30,878 bases of DNA, taken from the NCBI GenBank assembly GCA_043825735.1, contig JBDRRP010000025.1, positions 62,001-92,878 of the forward strand, written 5' to 3'. The notes beneath the pieces are model-generated. The model ran no database searches and had not been told where the DNA came from. It was given only the letters and a program-made list of their open reading frames with translations. The translations under genes were made by a program, and so were the position numbers. Below are positions 17,880-26,658 of this stretch, piece after piece; the first letter of the stretch is position 1; the number at the start of each line of letters is the position of its first letter. Source of the stretch: Pseudomonadota bacterium. Its GTDB lineage: Bacteria; Desulfobacterota; Desulfobacteria; Desulfobacterales; JBDRRP01.

Positions 17880-18241
17880 AGGAGGGCAACGGCAACTACA
17901 ACTGCGGGTTATCCGCAGATTGCGCAGATTTACGCAGATTAAAACCAAAGGAGGGCGGCCTGCGGCCGGAAACGTCCAGATGACAGGAACAGCAATAGAA
18001 AAGATTTGACAGGATTAACAGGATAGACAGGATGGGAGCGGCCTTCGGCCAGGAACTGCCAGACGACAGAAAAACCAACTGCAAAAGCAAATGTACCGCA
18101 GACCTAAACGATCCTAACGTTCCTAACGATCCCAACGATCCCAACGATCCTAACGATCCTAACGATCCTAACGATCCTAACGATCTAAACGATCCCAACG
18201 ATCCCAACGATCCCAACGATCCCAAGGCGGCCCGAAGGGCT
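17880..18241 (+). repeat. Composite array ending in a 13 x 9-bp tandem repeat
   Basis: Arms CGCAGATT and ACAGGAT, hairpins with TGC/TTC loops, AACTGC boxes, (AACGATCCY)x13 at 18107-18223, and GCCC-GAA-GGGC next to the stop at 18242. Confidence 0.92.
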
Positions 18242-20143
18242 TCACATCACACACTCTGAGGGCTGCGATTCGTATTCGGGCACGATTTCCTTCAGGCGCT
18301 CGCGTATCTCGCATCCGTCCTGGCGTCTTGCCGCATCGTAGAGCCCTTCGAGTCTTTCACACAGCCTGTCCCGAAAAGCAGCGGCATTTCCGTTACCGTT
18401 GAACTGGTCTTCCGGCTTGAGAACCATTATTTTTTCGTGTTCGGTGGGTACAATCCCCTCCCCCTGTGTGATCAGCTCTTCATATAGCTTCTCTCCCGGC
18501 CTGAGCCCTGTATAGCGTATTTCGATATCCGTATCGGGTTCCTTTCCGGATAGCGTGATGAGGTCGCGAGCCATGTCGGCGATCTTGACCGGGGTCCCCA
18601 TCTCAAGAATGAAAATTTCACCTCCTAGCCCCAACGCGCCGGCCTGCAAAATGAGCTGCGTCGCTTCCGGAATCGTCATAAAATACCGCGTCACATCCGG
18701 ATGCGTGACGGTTACCGGCCCTCCTCTCTCGATCTGCTTTCTGAATAATGGGATCACGGAACCGGCAGATCCGAACACGTTGCCAAACCGAACGGCGATC
18801 ATCCGCGTTTCCGCGCTTTTGTATGCTTGAACTAAAAGTTCGCAAACGCGCTTGGTGGTTCCCATGACGTTGGTGGGTCGCACTGCCTTGTCTGTGGAAA
18901 CGAGAACGAAGTGTCCGACTCGGTATTTGATACTGAGCGCCAGCATTCGCTGTGTGCCTAAAATGTTGTTCAGCACCCCCTGCCACGGGTTTTCCTCAAC
19001 GAGAGGGACATGCTTGTAGGCAGCCGCATGAAAGACCACGGCGGGGCGATGCATTTTAAACAACCGATCCATGAGGAGGGTGTCTTGAACACCGCCAAGG
19101 ACAGGCAAAATGCGCTGGTGACTGATCACACTCTTGAATTCCATCTGAATACGATAGAGGTCCGGTTCAGACATATCGAGCAAAATAAGGTTTTCAGGAT
19201 GAAACCGGGCGATCTGGCGGCAAAGCTCTGATCCAATGGAGCCACCGGCGCCAGTCACTAGAACGCTCTTTCCTTTCAGATACTCGCTGATTCCCTGCTG
19301 ATCCAATTTTACCTGAGGCCGCCCTAACAGGTCTTCGTAGCTGACGTCACGCAGGGTCTTGATGCTCACCCGGCCATTGATGAGCTCCCCCAGCCCGGGA
19401 AGCGTTCGGTACGGTTTGCCGGTTTTTTCACAGGCCTCTACAATCCGACGCATGGTTTTTCCTGTGGCCGAAGGAATCGCGATAATCAGTTCATCGGCCC
19501 CGGTCATTTCTGCCTGGTGCACCAGAGTGTCGATTCCGCCCAGGACGGAAACGCCGTGCATGGTTCTGTCGATTTTGTTTTTGGCATCGTCCACGAACCC
19601 CACGGCCTGATAGTTCAGCCGCGGGTTTTCTCGGATTTCGCGCAAGAATTTCTCTCCGGCGTCGCCAGCACCAATGATGATCACCCGTTTTCCGCTGCCG
19701 CGCATCTCTCTTACAAAATAATTGAAAAACCCCTGATCGGTGCTTTGGTAATACATACGGATGGCCATCCGAAAGCCGCTGATCGTCAGGAAAAACAGGA
19801 GAAAATCGATAATGAAGACGCTGCGGGGGAATCCCTCGAACCGGTGGAAGATAACGAGAATGAAAACAACCAGAACACTACCGAGGACCGAAGCGGTGAT
19901 GATGCGCCGCAGATCCTGAATGCTTGTGTATCGCCACATCCCCTTGTAGACATCCAGGATAAAAAGGCACCCCAGTTTCACCACTATCACCCACCACACC
20001 GTCTGAGCAAAACTTGCGAGATAAGGTGTCGAGATGTTGCCCTCAAATCTGAGCAGATAGGCACCCCAGTAACACGCCGCCGCCAGAAAGGCATCGGCCA
20101 GCAAAATGATCCAAAAGTTCTTGTTCTTATATTGAAATAGCAT
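18242..20143 (-). CDS. PglF/CapD/WbpM-type membrane-bound UDP-GlcNAc 4,6-dehydratase
   Basis: Four N-terminal TMs, GAGDAG, EDLLGR, VTGAGGSIGSELCRQ, FHAAAYKHVP, STDKAVRPTNVMG.TK, VRFGNVFGS, RYFMTIPEA and GLRPGEKLYEEL. Confidence 0.95.
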   Translation of the reverse strand: MLFQYKNKNFWIILLADAFLAAACYWGAYLLRFEGNISTPYLASFAQTVWWVIVVKLGCLFILDVYKGMWRYTSIQDLRRIITASVLGSVLVVFILVIFHRFEGFPRSVFIIDFLLFFLTISGFRMAIRMYYQSTDQGFFNYFVREMRGSGKRVIIIGAGDAGEKFLREIRENPRLNYQAVGFVDDAKNKIDRTMHGVSVLGGIDTLVHQAEMTGADELIIAIPSATGKTMRRIVEACEKTGKPYRTLPGLGELINGRVSIKTLRDVSYEDLLGRPQVKLDQQGISEYLKGKSVLVTGAGGSIGSELCRQIARFHPENLILLDMSEPDLYRIQMEFKSVISHQRILPVLGGVQDTLLMDRLFKMHRPAVVFHAAAYKHVPLVEENPWQGVLNNILGTQRMLALSIKYRVGHFVLVSTDKAVRPTNVMGTTKRVCELLVQAYKSAETRMIAVRFGNVFGSAGSVIPLFRKQIERGGPVTVTHPDVTRYFMTIPEATQLILQAGALGLGGEIFILEMGTPVKIADMARDLITLSGKEPDTDIEIRYTGLRPGEKLYEELITQGEGIVPTEHEKIMVLKPEDQFNGNGNAAAFRDRLCERLEGLYDAARRQDGCEIRERLKEIVPEYESQPSECVM

Positions 20144-20149
20144 AGACTC

Positions 20150-20345
20150 TTCGGGCCGCCTGCGGCGGCGTTCATGCGACCGGAGGTCGCGTTCGGCCGC
20201 TACGCGGCGTTCCAGGTTCTGCGCCTGCGGCGCGTTTAGATCGATATGAGCGTTTAGAAGGAGGAAGCTCGTAGAGCGAAGGAGGAAGCCTTGGCGAAGG
20301 TGGAAGCTTTAGCGAAGGCGGGTCCTCCGACCTCTGCCCTCTGGC
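20150..20345. repeat. GTTC-linked mini-hairpin array plus tandem half-copies of the 30-nt element
   Basis: Four triloop hairpins at ~20154-20234; three AGC..GCGAAGG(A/T/C)GG half-units at ~20266-20322. Confidence 0.85.
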
Positions 20346-20348
20346 AGT

Positions 20349-22574
20349 TTATTTAGCCATTCTGGCCAAGTACTCCCCCATCGCCGCCTCAAGAAAGCTC
20401 TCATCCGGATAAAACGCCCAAATATAATTTCGTATTTCTAAAAGCAGCGCCTGCTGCTGCATTTTGGGCAATCCGCCACCGACACCACCCCCGCCCTGAA
20501 GTTCCATGCTGAGCGCTTTTTTGAAGTGATACCCGGCACGGCTCCAGGCCGGTTCCCACCGGGGGTCGGAGGGATCGAGCGTCTTGCTGCGCATCGTCCA
20601 GTACTTGCCCATCTCCACGTGAAATCGCGGATCTTTGACGCCAGCGGTGTAAGCAGCGCGCTCCATAGCGATGTCTGCAGCAGGCAGGTAGGTTCTGTGG
20701 TAGTCCGGCTGCTGCCAGAGGCTGGTAAATTCCCATCCGTTTCGGAGGTGGTATTCGGCCATGAAAGGATTTAAGGCGACGGCGTTTTCAACGGCCGCGA
20801 GAATTTTTTTCTGATAGGAGAGCCGCGCTGAAGACGGCAACAGCCATCCGGTGGGCAGGTCCCGCACCGCCGCATCCCGATCCCGGATGATGGCCAGCGC
20901 TTTTTTGAACCGGTATTCCCCGTTATCAGAGTCCCAGGAAATGGCGGTATCGATTCGAGCAATCGGTGGGAGGGGATCACGATTTAAGGTCAGATTAGGA
21001 ACCGTGTTGCAGTAGACCTCACCCATAAAATGGCAGATGCTCCAATACCCGGCCCAAACCACGATCAGGATGATGATGGATGTGGGAATCATGCCCGAGC
21101 GCTCAGCCGGCAGCAGTCGCTTGTGAAACAAGGATTTTTCACTGCCGCCGCGGTCCGACAGCCGGATGGCGGCCAGGCCGATGGCCAAAAGCGATGTCAT
21201 CACCAGAAAGTTGGCCGGATAATGCAGATTGAAATCAAAATAAGAGTGCGCGCCGATGGCCACGAGGCCGGACAAACACCCCGCGCCGATACCGATGGCG
21301 CCGCTGTCTCGGCGCCGCATCCACATGCGGATGTAGGAAATGAGAAAGTATAACAACCCGCCGATGCCGATGGCTGCGCCGACAATGCCATATTCTGAGA
21401 GCAATTGCGCCCAGTCGTTGTGGGCGTAGCGGATCCAGCCTTTTCGGTCTTCGACCGACTGGTATTTATTGAAGACATGGTGAAAAGACCCGCCGCCGGC
21501 ACCGGTCAAGCGGTAGTCCTGCCACATAGTGATCGTGTCTCTGGTGTAACGCGCGCGAACCTGCCAGTCCGCCTCGGCACTGTCAAAACGTTTCAGGGGC
21601 GCTTCGACGCCGATCTTTAACGCCCATCCACCGACGATGAGAAACAAAATGAGGATGATGCCCCCTTTTCGCCGATACCCTCGCCGGCAGAGCAGCAACA
21701 TCCCCATGGCCAGCAGCCCAACGGCAGCGGCGGCCATACCGGCACGACTGCCGGAGAAAATCAGGCTGATGCTGATCACCACAGCGGCAAAGAAGAATAA
21801 CACCCGGCGGTTGGCATCCTCCCCTTTTTGAATTATGCCAAGAAACCGACCACGCAAACTCTGCCGACCGAATGTGACCTTTTTCTTTTTAGTAAAGAAG
21901 CTGATTCCTATGGCCGTACCCAGTGCCAGTTGCAGCAGCATTTCCATCAATCCGGCGAATATATTGTGGTTGATGTAGGTGCCGGTGACCCACATCCCGT
22001 AGTAATCATTCTGCCACCACCACACGTAATTAAGACCGGTGGAAGGTTTGATCAGACCGTAGACGGCTTCAAAGCATCCGATACCGACTAAAACCAGTAT
22101 GGCACTGTCGATGCGCTGCCGCGAATTCAAGCTATTCACCATGCCCCAGAAAAACAGGCCATAGCAAAACCAGCGCACCAGCGCCATCCGCACCGGGTAG
22201 GTGTAAGGAGCCAGGGTGATCCAGGACGGCACGATCGAGGGATACCCGACCGCGTCCTGCGCCGGTACCGATTTTTGGGCCATAACCCAGGCCTCGGGGG
22301 AGATGATCTTGACCACGGCTTGCGGAAGCGGGAGCATTTGGATGATGAGAAAGGCCGTCATCAGGAGAAAGAGCGGCTCCATGCCGGTTTTGATCCAGTG
22401 GTACTGGGTTTCGCCGGTCAACGGATTTTTTCTAATGACCGATTTTAGCTGAAAGAGCGATGCCAGGAGGACCAACAGGAAGGTCAGGGTGTAGGCGTAG
22501 GTGTGCCCGGCGCCGAAGAGGAGTACGCCGATGACGACCGAGGCGAGATAGAGAATGAAGGCTGTTTTTTCCAT
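20349..22574 (-). CDS. O-antigen ligase / Wzy_C family protein with TPR-like C-terminus
   Basis: GTYINHNIFAGLME, SGSRAG, G.GGGSF, YAHNDWAQLLSEYG and HSYFDFNLHYPAN motifs; helical C-terminus. Start 22574 or GTG 22601, which lies inside a repeat arm. Confidence 0.88.
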   Translation of the reverse strand: MEKTAFILYLASVVIGVLLFGAGHTYAYTLTFLLVLLASLFQLKSVIRKNPLTGETQYHWIKTGMEPLFLLMTAFLIIQMLPLPQAVVKIISPEAWVMAQKSVPAQDAVGYPSIVPSWITLAPYTYPVRMALVRWFCYGLFFWGMVNSLNSRQRIDSAILVLVGIGCFEAVYGLIKPSTGLNYVWWWQNDYYGMWVTGTYINHNIFAGLMEMLLQLALGTAIGISFFTKKKKVTFGRQSLRGRFLGIIQKGEDANRRVLFFFAAVVISISLIFSGSRAGMAAAAVGLLAMGMLLLCRRGYRRKGGIILILFLIVGGWALKIGVEAPLKRFDSAEADWQVRARYTRDTITMWQDYRLTGAGGGSFHHVFNKYQSVEDRKGWIRYAHNDWAQLLSEYGIVGAAIGIGGLLYFLISYIRMWMRRRDSGAIGIGAGCLSGLVAIGAHSYFDFNLHYPANFLVMTSLLAIGLAAIRLSDRGGSEKSLFHKRLLPAERSGMIPTSIIILIVVWAGYWSICHFMGEVYCNTVPNLTLNRDPLPPIARIDTAISWDSDNGEYRFKKALAIIRDRDAAVRDLPTGWLLPSSARLSYQKKILAAVENAVALNPFMAEYHLRNGWEFTSLWQQPDYHRTYLPAADIAMERAAYTAGVKDPRFHVEMGKYWTMRSKTLDPSDPRWEPAWSRAGYHFKKALSMELQGGGGVGGGLPKMQQQALLLEIRNYIWAFYPDESFLEAAMGEYLARMAK

Positions 22575-22594
22575 AGTCACATCGAAGAGAGTTT

Positions 22595-22803
22595 TATCCA
22601 CAGATTACACAGATTTCCACAGATTAAGGGCAAAAAAGGGTGGCGGCCTACGGCCGGGAAACCGTGGCTGTGGCTGAGGTTTTTTGAGTCTGCAGCTGGG
22701 GGCTAAATATCCTAAATCCTTTATTTTGTCTACACCCTCAGTACAGTTTTACCCATCTCTCTTTGAATCATAAAATCTGTAAAATCTGTGTAATCTGTGG
22801 ATA
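22595..22803. repeat. Palindromic unit downstream of GxxExxY gene 2
   Basis: TATCCACAGATTACACAGATTT...AAATCTGTGTAATCTGTGGATA arms, CGGCC-TAC-GGCCG, and a ~55-bp core repeated at ~23479-23535. Confidence 0.9.
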
Positions 22804-22815
22804 CAGCTGATTATA

Positions 22816-23187
22816 TTAGAAGACCAGGCGTTTGTATTGGAGAGATTTTGTGCCGAAATTGATCAACAGCCCAACACCATACCCGGAGGCTTTCAGGTAG
22901 TTGATTACTTGGGACTCTTCTGTGCCTGAGAGTTTCTGAATGGCTTTGATTTCTACGATTATGGAATCGTAACAAATGAAGTCGGGCTGGTATGTTTTTG
23001 TCAGTGGACTATCTTTGTAGAGAATCTGAATTTGGGGTTGTGGAGTGAATGGTATATCCTGGAGTGAGAATTCTCTCTCAAGTGCTTCTTGGTAAACTTG
23101 TTCAAGGAAACCAAAACCGAGTTCCCGGTGGACTTCCATGGCCGCACCGATGATTCGGTATGAATTTTTGTCACCTTTTACTGCCAT
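22816..23187 (-). CDS. GxxExxY protein (PD-(D/E)XK-like putative nuclease)
   Basis: IIGAAMEVHRELGFGFLEQVYQEAL, PDFIC, IIVEIKA, QVINYLKASG...GLLINFG. Start ATG 23187 or GTG 23199. AT-rich. Confidence 0.93.
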   Translation of the reverse strand: MAVKGDKNSYRIIGAAMEVHRELGFGFLEQVYQEALEREFSLQDIPFTPQPQIQILYKDSPLTKTYQPDFICYDSIIVEIKAIQKLSGTEESQVINYLKASGYGVGLLINFGTKSLQYKRLVF

Positions 23188-23254
23188 GATATCATCCACG
23201 GATTAGATGCAACACGTTGGGGGCTAGGGCGGAAAAACAAACTTCAAAACCTTT

Positions 23255-23690
23255 ATCATCCACAGATTACACAGATTTACACAGATTAAAGGCAAAAAGG
23301 GTGATGGCCTTCGGCCAGACAGCGACTGCTGGTTTTCCACAGATTAACGACAAAGGTTAGCGGCCTGCGGCCGGAAAACCTTAACTGCAACAGCAACACC
23401 TATGTATCCACAGATTACACAGATTTCCACAAATTAACGGCGAAGGGGTTGGGCCTGCGGCCTGGAGCTTGATATCCATTTTTGTCTGCACCCTCAGTTC
23501 AGTTTTAACCATCTCTCTTCGGATTTCAAAATCTGTGGATATATTGTAGTTGGTTTTTGCTTTTCCGGCCGTAGGCCGTATCTCTTGTGGGTATTAATCT
23601 GTGGAAATCTGTGTAATCTGTGGAGTAGATTCTTCGCTTTTCGCTGTCCGGCCGTAGGCCGTTAAATTTTCTTCGGTTTGAATCTGTGAA
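23255..23690. repeat. Nested inverted array upstream of GxxExxY gene 2
   Basis: Three forward CACAGATT arms, each followed by GGCC-TNC-GGCC, then three reverse AATCTGTG arms with two CGGCC-GTA-GGCCG hairpins. Confidence 0.9.
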
Positions 23691-23699
23691 TAATTTCTT

Positions 23700-24566
23700 T
23701 TACGACTTCAACCGCAACGTCGCGGTCACCGGATAGTGATCCCCCGCGCTTTTCTTAACGACCTTTGCATCCAGCACAGCCACGCCATCTGAAACAAAGA
23801 TGTAATCGATCCGCGGATTCACCGGAAATGCAATCTTGTGATAGGTCCCGGTGAAATAACCGAAGGTGGGCCACAAAGCATCCTGGAAGTGATCTGTCAT
23901 TTGCCGGATGGTCCGCGAGCCCGGCACTGTATTGAAATCGCCGCCGATAATGACCGGCATTGACACTGCATCCTTTGCAAGGGCTTTTACCAGGGAATGG
24001 GCGCTCTCGGTACGTACCGTGTCGGTGAACACTTCCCCCCTTAAAATTTCCAGGATTTCCCTTCCTGTAAAAGCCACGACACCACCGGAGTCCCTTTTCT
24101 TCGGCGTCACCTCATCAAGATGCACCGAGCACGCCGTGACGTTTTTACTGCCGATATCCACAACGGCGCACAAGGCCCCTGCCCCCTTGCCATGAGTGAG
24201 CAATGGGTATTCGCGGGTGTCCCTGATCGGATAAACCGAGAGCACAATGAGCCCGGCCATTTTCCCGCGCCTAAGGGCCGGTGCGCTTTGGTATGGGTAT
24301 TCGAGCGTTTCCTGCAGCGCGCCGCCGGCTTTGCCTGATGGCATCTCCTGGAGAAACAGGATATCGGGCTTTCCTCCGGCTGTGATCTGAGCCGCCGTCT
24401 CCACCACCGGAAACCCGAGTCGCCCCACGTCACCCACGTTGCAGGTCATGGCCGTAAACGGAGGCGCCCCGGCGCCGTCAGCACCCGGACGATGCACGGC
24501 CCAGGCAATGCCGATGCCGAGCGAGACCACAAAAGCAGTAATGATGATCAGGCGGTTTTTATGCAT
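23700..24566 (-). CDS. Endonuclease/exonuclease/phosphatase (EEP) family protein with N-terminal membrane anchor or signal
   Basis: MTCNV, DILFLQE, SVHL, IIGGDFN, RIDYIF and GDHYPV motifs. Confidence 0.9.
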   Translation of the reverse strand: MHKNRLIIITAFVVSLGIGIAWAVHRPGADGAGAPPFTAMTCNVGDVGRLGFPVVETAAQITAGGKPDILFLQEMPSGKAGGALQETLEYPYQSAPALRRGKMAGLIVLSVYPIRDTREYPLLTHGKGAGALCAVVDIGSKNVTACSVHLDEVTPKKRDSGGVVAFTGREILEILRGEVFTDTVRTESAHSLVKALAKDAVSMPVIIGGDFNTVPGSRTIRQMTDHFQDALWPTFGYFTGTYHKIAFPVNPRIDYIFVSDGVAVLDAKVVKKSAGDHYPVTATLRLKS

Positions 24567-24576
24567 AACTGGGATA

Positions 24577-24899
24577 TGGCACGGCTATGGGTGGCCCGCC
24601 GGGGGCGGAGGAAAACCCTTTTTGGCACGGCGTTGATGGCCCGCCGGGGGCGGGGAAAACCTTTTTGGCACGGATGGCGCCTACACGGCTTAAAAAGCGA
24701 CACGGATTACGCGGATTTTGGCGCTGAGAGCGCCCTAAATTTTTAACCGCGTAATCCGTGTAATCCGTGCCAAAGACTTTTTTGCAGCGCTAAAGGCGCT
24801 TTAATCCGCGCCATCCGTGTCGCTTTTTAAGCCGTATAGGCGCAAATCCGTGCCAATAGGCTTTTGCAGTTGCCTTTTTGTTTTCCCGTCATCCGTGAA
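24577..24899. repeat. Composite repeat block downstream of TA3
   Basis: ~38-bp tandem duplication (24592-24630, 24637-24673), TTGGCACGG...CCGTGCCAA palindrome, two 23-nt inserts, TTGCAGTTGC box. Confidence 0.9.
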
Positions 24900-25247
24900 T
24901 CATACAATATCAACGATCAGCTTTATGCCTTGCGCGACCTCTTCCATTTTTTTATCGGACAGGGTGCCGATTTTTTCGGTGAGGCTTGCCTTGTCGACGG
25001 ATTTAAATTGAGTGACGTTGATAACGCACCGCTTTGGCATGTTTGCCTCGCCTTTTCGCAGCGTTACATTCCCGGGAAGGTCCCCGAATTTCAAAGTCGA
25101 GGTGATGGCAAGCATCACCACGGTATTGATTTTGCTGTCATTCAATGCGTCGGCTTGAATCACCAGCCCGGGACGGCGCCCTATCGGTTCAGAGCCTTTG
25201 CCGGGGGAAAAATTCACCCAAAATATGTCCCCTCTCCGTATTACCAT
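24900..25247 (-). CDS. mazF: PemK/MazF-family toxin (TA3)
   Basis: IRRGDIFWVNF.P.KGSEP.GRRPGLVIQ...N, AITS. Confidence 0.92.
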   Translation of the reverse strand: MVIRRGDIFWVNFSPGKGSEPIGRRPGLVIQADALNDSKINTVVMLAITSTLKFGDLPGNVTLRKGEANMPKRCVINVTQFKSVDKASLTEKIGTLSDKKMEEVAQGIKLIVDIV

Positions 25248-25495
25248 TCCTGACCGCCTTCATGGCCGGCGTCTTCGAGGCTTCTCGACATTTTGAGTTG
25301 CTCGTCTCGGATGCTTTCATCAGAAAAAACGCTGTCATAAGACTCCGTAATAAATCGTTTTTTTTCATTCTCTATTTTCTCGCTGACAGCCTGGGCGATG
25401 TACCGGCTACGAGACACGCCCTTAATTTTTGACAATGTATCAACTTCTTTGATCAACATCTCAGGTATTGTGATAGCGACTTTTTGAGTATGCAT
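25241..25495 (-). CDS. Ribbon-helix-helix (CopG-type) antitoxin (TA3)
   Basis: KVAITIPEMLIKEVD...SRSRYIAQAV; overlaps the toxin start. Confidence 0.88.
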   Translation of the reverse strand: MHTQKVAITIPEMLIKEVDTLSKIKGVSRSRYIAQAVSEKIENEKKRFITESYDSVFSDESIRDEQLKMSRSLEDAGHEGGQEW

Positions 25496-25536
25496 CGATA
25501 GACCCCCTTATGGTATGCAGCATATCGAATATCAAA

Positions 25537-25565
25537 ATAGTAATACACTGAGGTGCAAGGATCAA
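25537..25565 (-). promoter_or_regulatory. Sigma70-like promoter for TA3
   Basis: TTGATC-N17-TACTAT on the minus strand. Confidence 0.5.
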
Positions 25566-25589
25566 GGGCAACTTTTAGTGCGGATTTCG

Positions 25590-25915
25590 ACCAGAGATCG
25601 GAGGTCAGATGTCAGAGGTCAGGGAACTGCAAGACATTGAACCGCGAAGGGCGTGAAGGACGTAAAGTTTGTCCGAATCGGGTCGCCGGGGAAAAAGCAT
25701 CCCGGCTCACGATTAGCGCCAGAGGCGCGTTCAGGCCGCCTGCGGCAGCGTTTCAGGTTCGGCGCCGATGGCGCGTTAGAAAAGCTCGGTTGTCCGTTAT
25801 CTGCCCACTGATTTCTGACTTCCGACCTCAAAGGTTTTTCTGCCCTCTGTCGTCTGTCGTCTGTCGTCTGGCAGTTCCCGGCCACAGGCCGCCAAACTGT
25901 TTAATCCGTGCCAAT
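25590..25915. repeat. Composite repeat block between TA4 and TA3
   Basis: 7-mer GTCAGAG arms and inverse TCTGTCG arms, CGCGAAG arm, triloop hairpins; 25595-25698 is an inverted copy of 15362-15482. Confidence 0.88.
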
Positions 25916-25956
25916 ACAATAGGTTCCAGGGACACGTGCGATCAGCGGGCCCCTGG

Positions 25957-26232
25957 TCACTGGCGTTTTTCCATCAGCGGATAGATTTCCTTACGATGGC
26001 AGATACCTAATATTAGAATCTCATCGTCGGCCACCTGGAACACGATGCGATAATCTCCGACCCTGAGCTTCCAGTAGCCTTTAAGGTTCTTTCGCAAGGG
26101 CTCGCCATATTCCTGAGGGGCGATCATGAGACGGTTTTCAATCGCTTTTCTGATCCGCTGCCGGACATCAGCACTGAGCTTCGGGATATCCCGCCGCTTG
26201 ACATCGAGGTGGTAGAGAACCGAAAACGACAT
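25957..26232 (-). CDS. relE: RelE/ParE-family toxin (TA4)
   Basis: GEPLRKNLKGYWKLRVGDYRIVF...ICHRKEIY. Confidence 0.92.
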   Translation of the reverse strand: MSFSVLYHLDVKRRDIPKLSADVRQRIRKAIENRLMIAPQEYGEPLRKNLKGYWKLRVGDYRIVFQVADDEILILGICHRKEIYPLMEKRQ

Positions 26233-26233
26233 G

Positions 26234-26461
26234 CTACTCCCAAACCGCTTTGTGGCTCAAAGCTTTCCGGCGATCAAAACTGTTCTCGCGCTCCGCGGCG
26301 AAATCAACCAACGCCTGGTCTTCACGCAATTCCAGTGCCTCTTTCACCAGATCGCGCATCAGCATCGACATGGAGATGCCGGCGTCTTCCGCAAGACAGT
26401 GCAGGGCGTTATAGAGGGGCGTTTCAAGCACAACATTGATTCTGGGGTTTTTTGCTGGCAT
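26234..26461 (-). CDS. RHH-type antitoxin (TA4)
   Basis: Start ATG 26461 with AGGAG RBS; MPAKNPRINVVLE...SMSMLMRDLVKEALELRED...LSHKAVW; lies directly upstream of relE. Confidence 0.85.
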   Translation of the reverse strand: MPAKNPRINVVLETPLYNALHCLAEDAGISMSMLMRDLVKEALELREDQALVDFAAERENSFDRRKALSHKAVWE

Positions 26462-26482
26462 GGCCTGACTCCTTTGAAATAG

Positions 26483-26511
26483 AGTGTGCCACTTGTGTTC
26501 CACCTCGTCAA
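26483..26511 (-). promoter_or_regulatory. Sigma70-like promoter with direct-repeat operator for TA4
   Basis: TTGACG-N17-CACACT, containing GTGGAACAC / GTGGCACAC direct repeats. Confidence 0.5.
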
Positions 26512-26658
26512 GCCTTCAGGGAGATTGCACCTATACGGAAAGATATGGGCACTGCGATAGAGGGCCGCCTGCGGCGGGGAAAACCTTTTTGGCACGGATG
26601 GCGCCTACACGGCTTTTATTGTTATTTTTTTTGCACTCAAACAGTGCCACCCCTTTTC

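Noticed and set aside
17896..18259. ORFs with (NDP)n or (GSL)n repeats
   Set aside because: Translations of the 9-bp DNA repeat. Other ORFs over repeat blocks (6962, 12931, 15113, 16567, 24492, 25553, 25619, 27516-28230) are rejected for the same reason.
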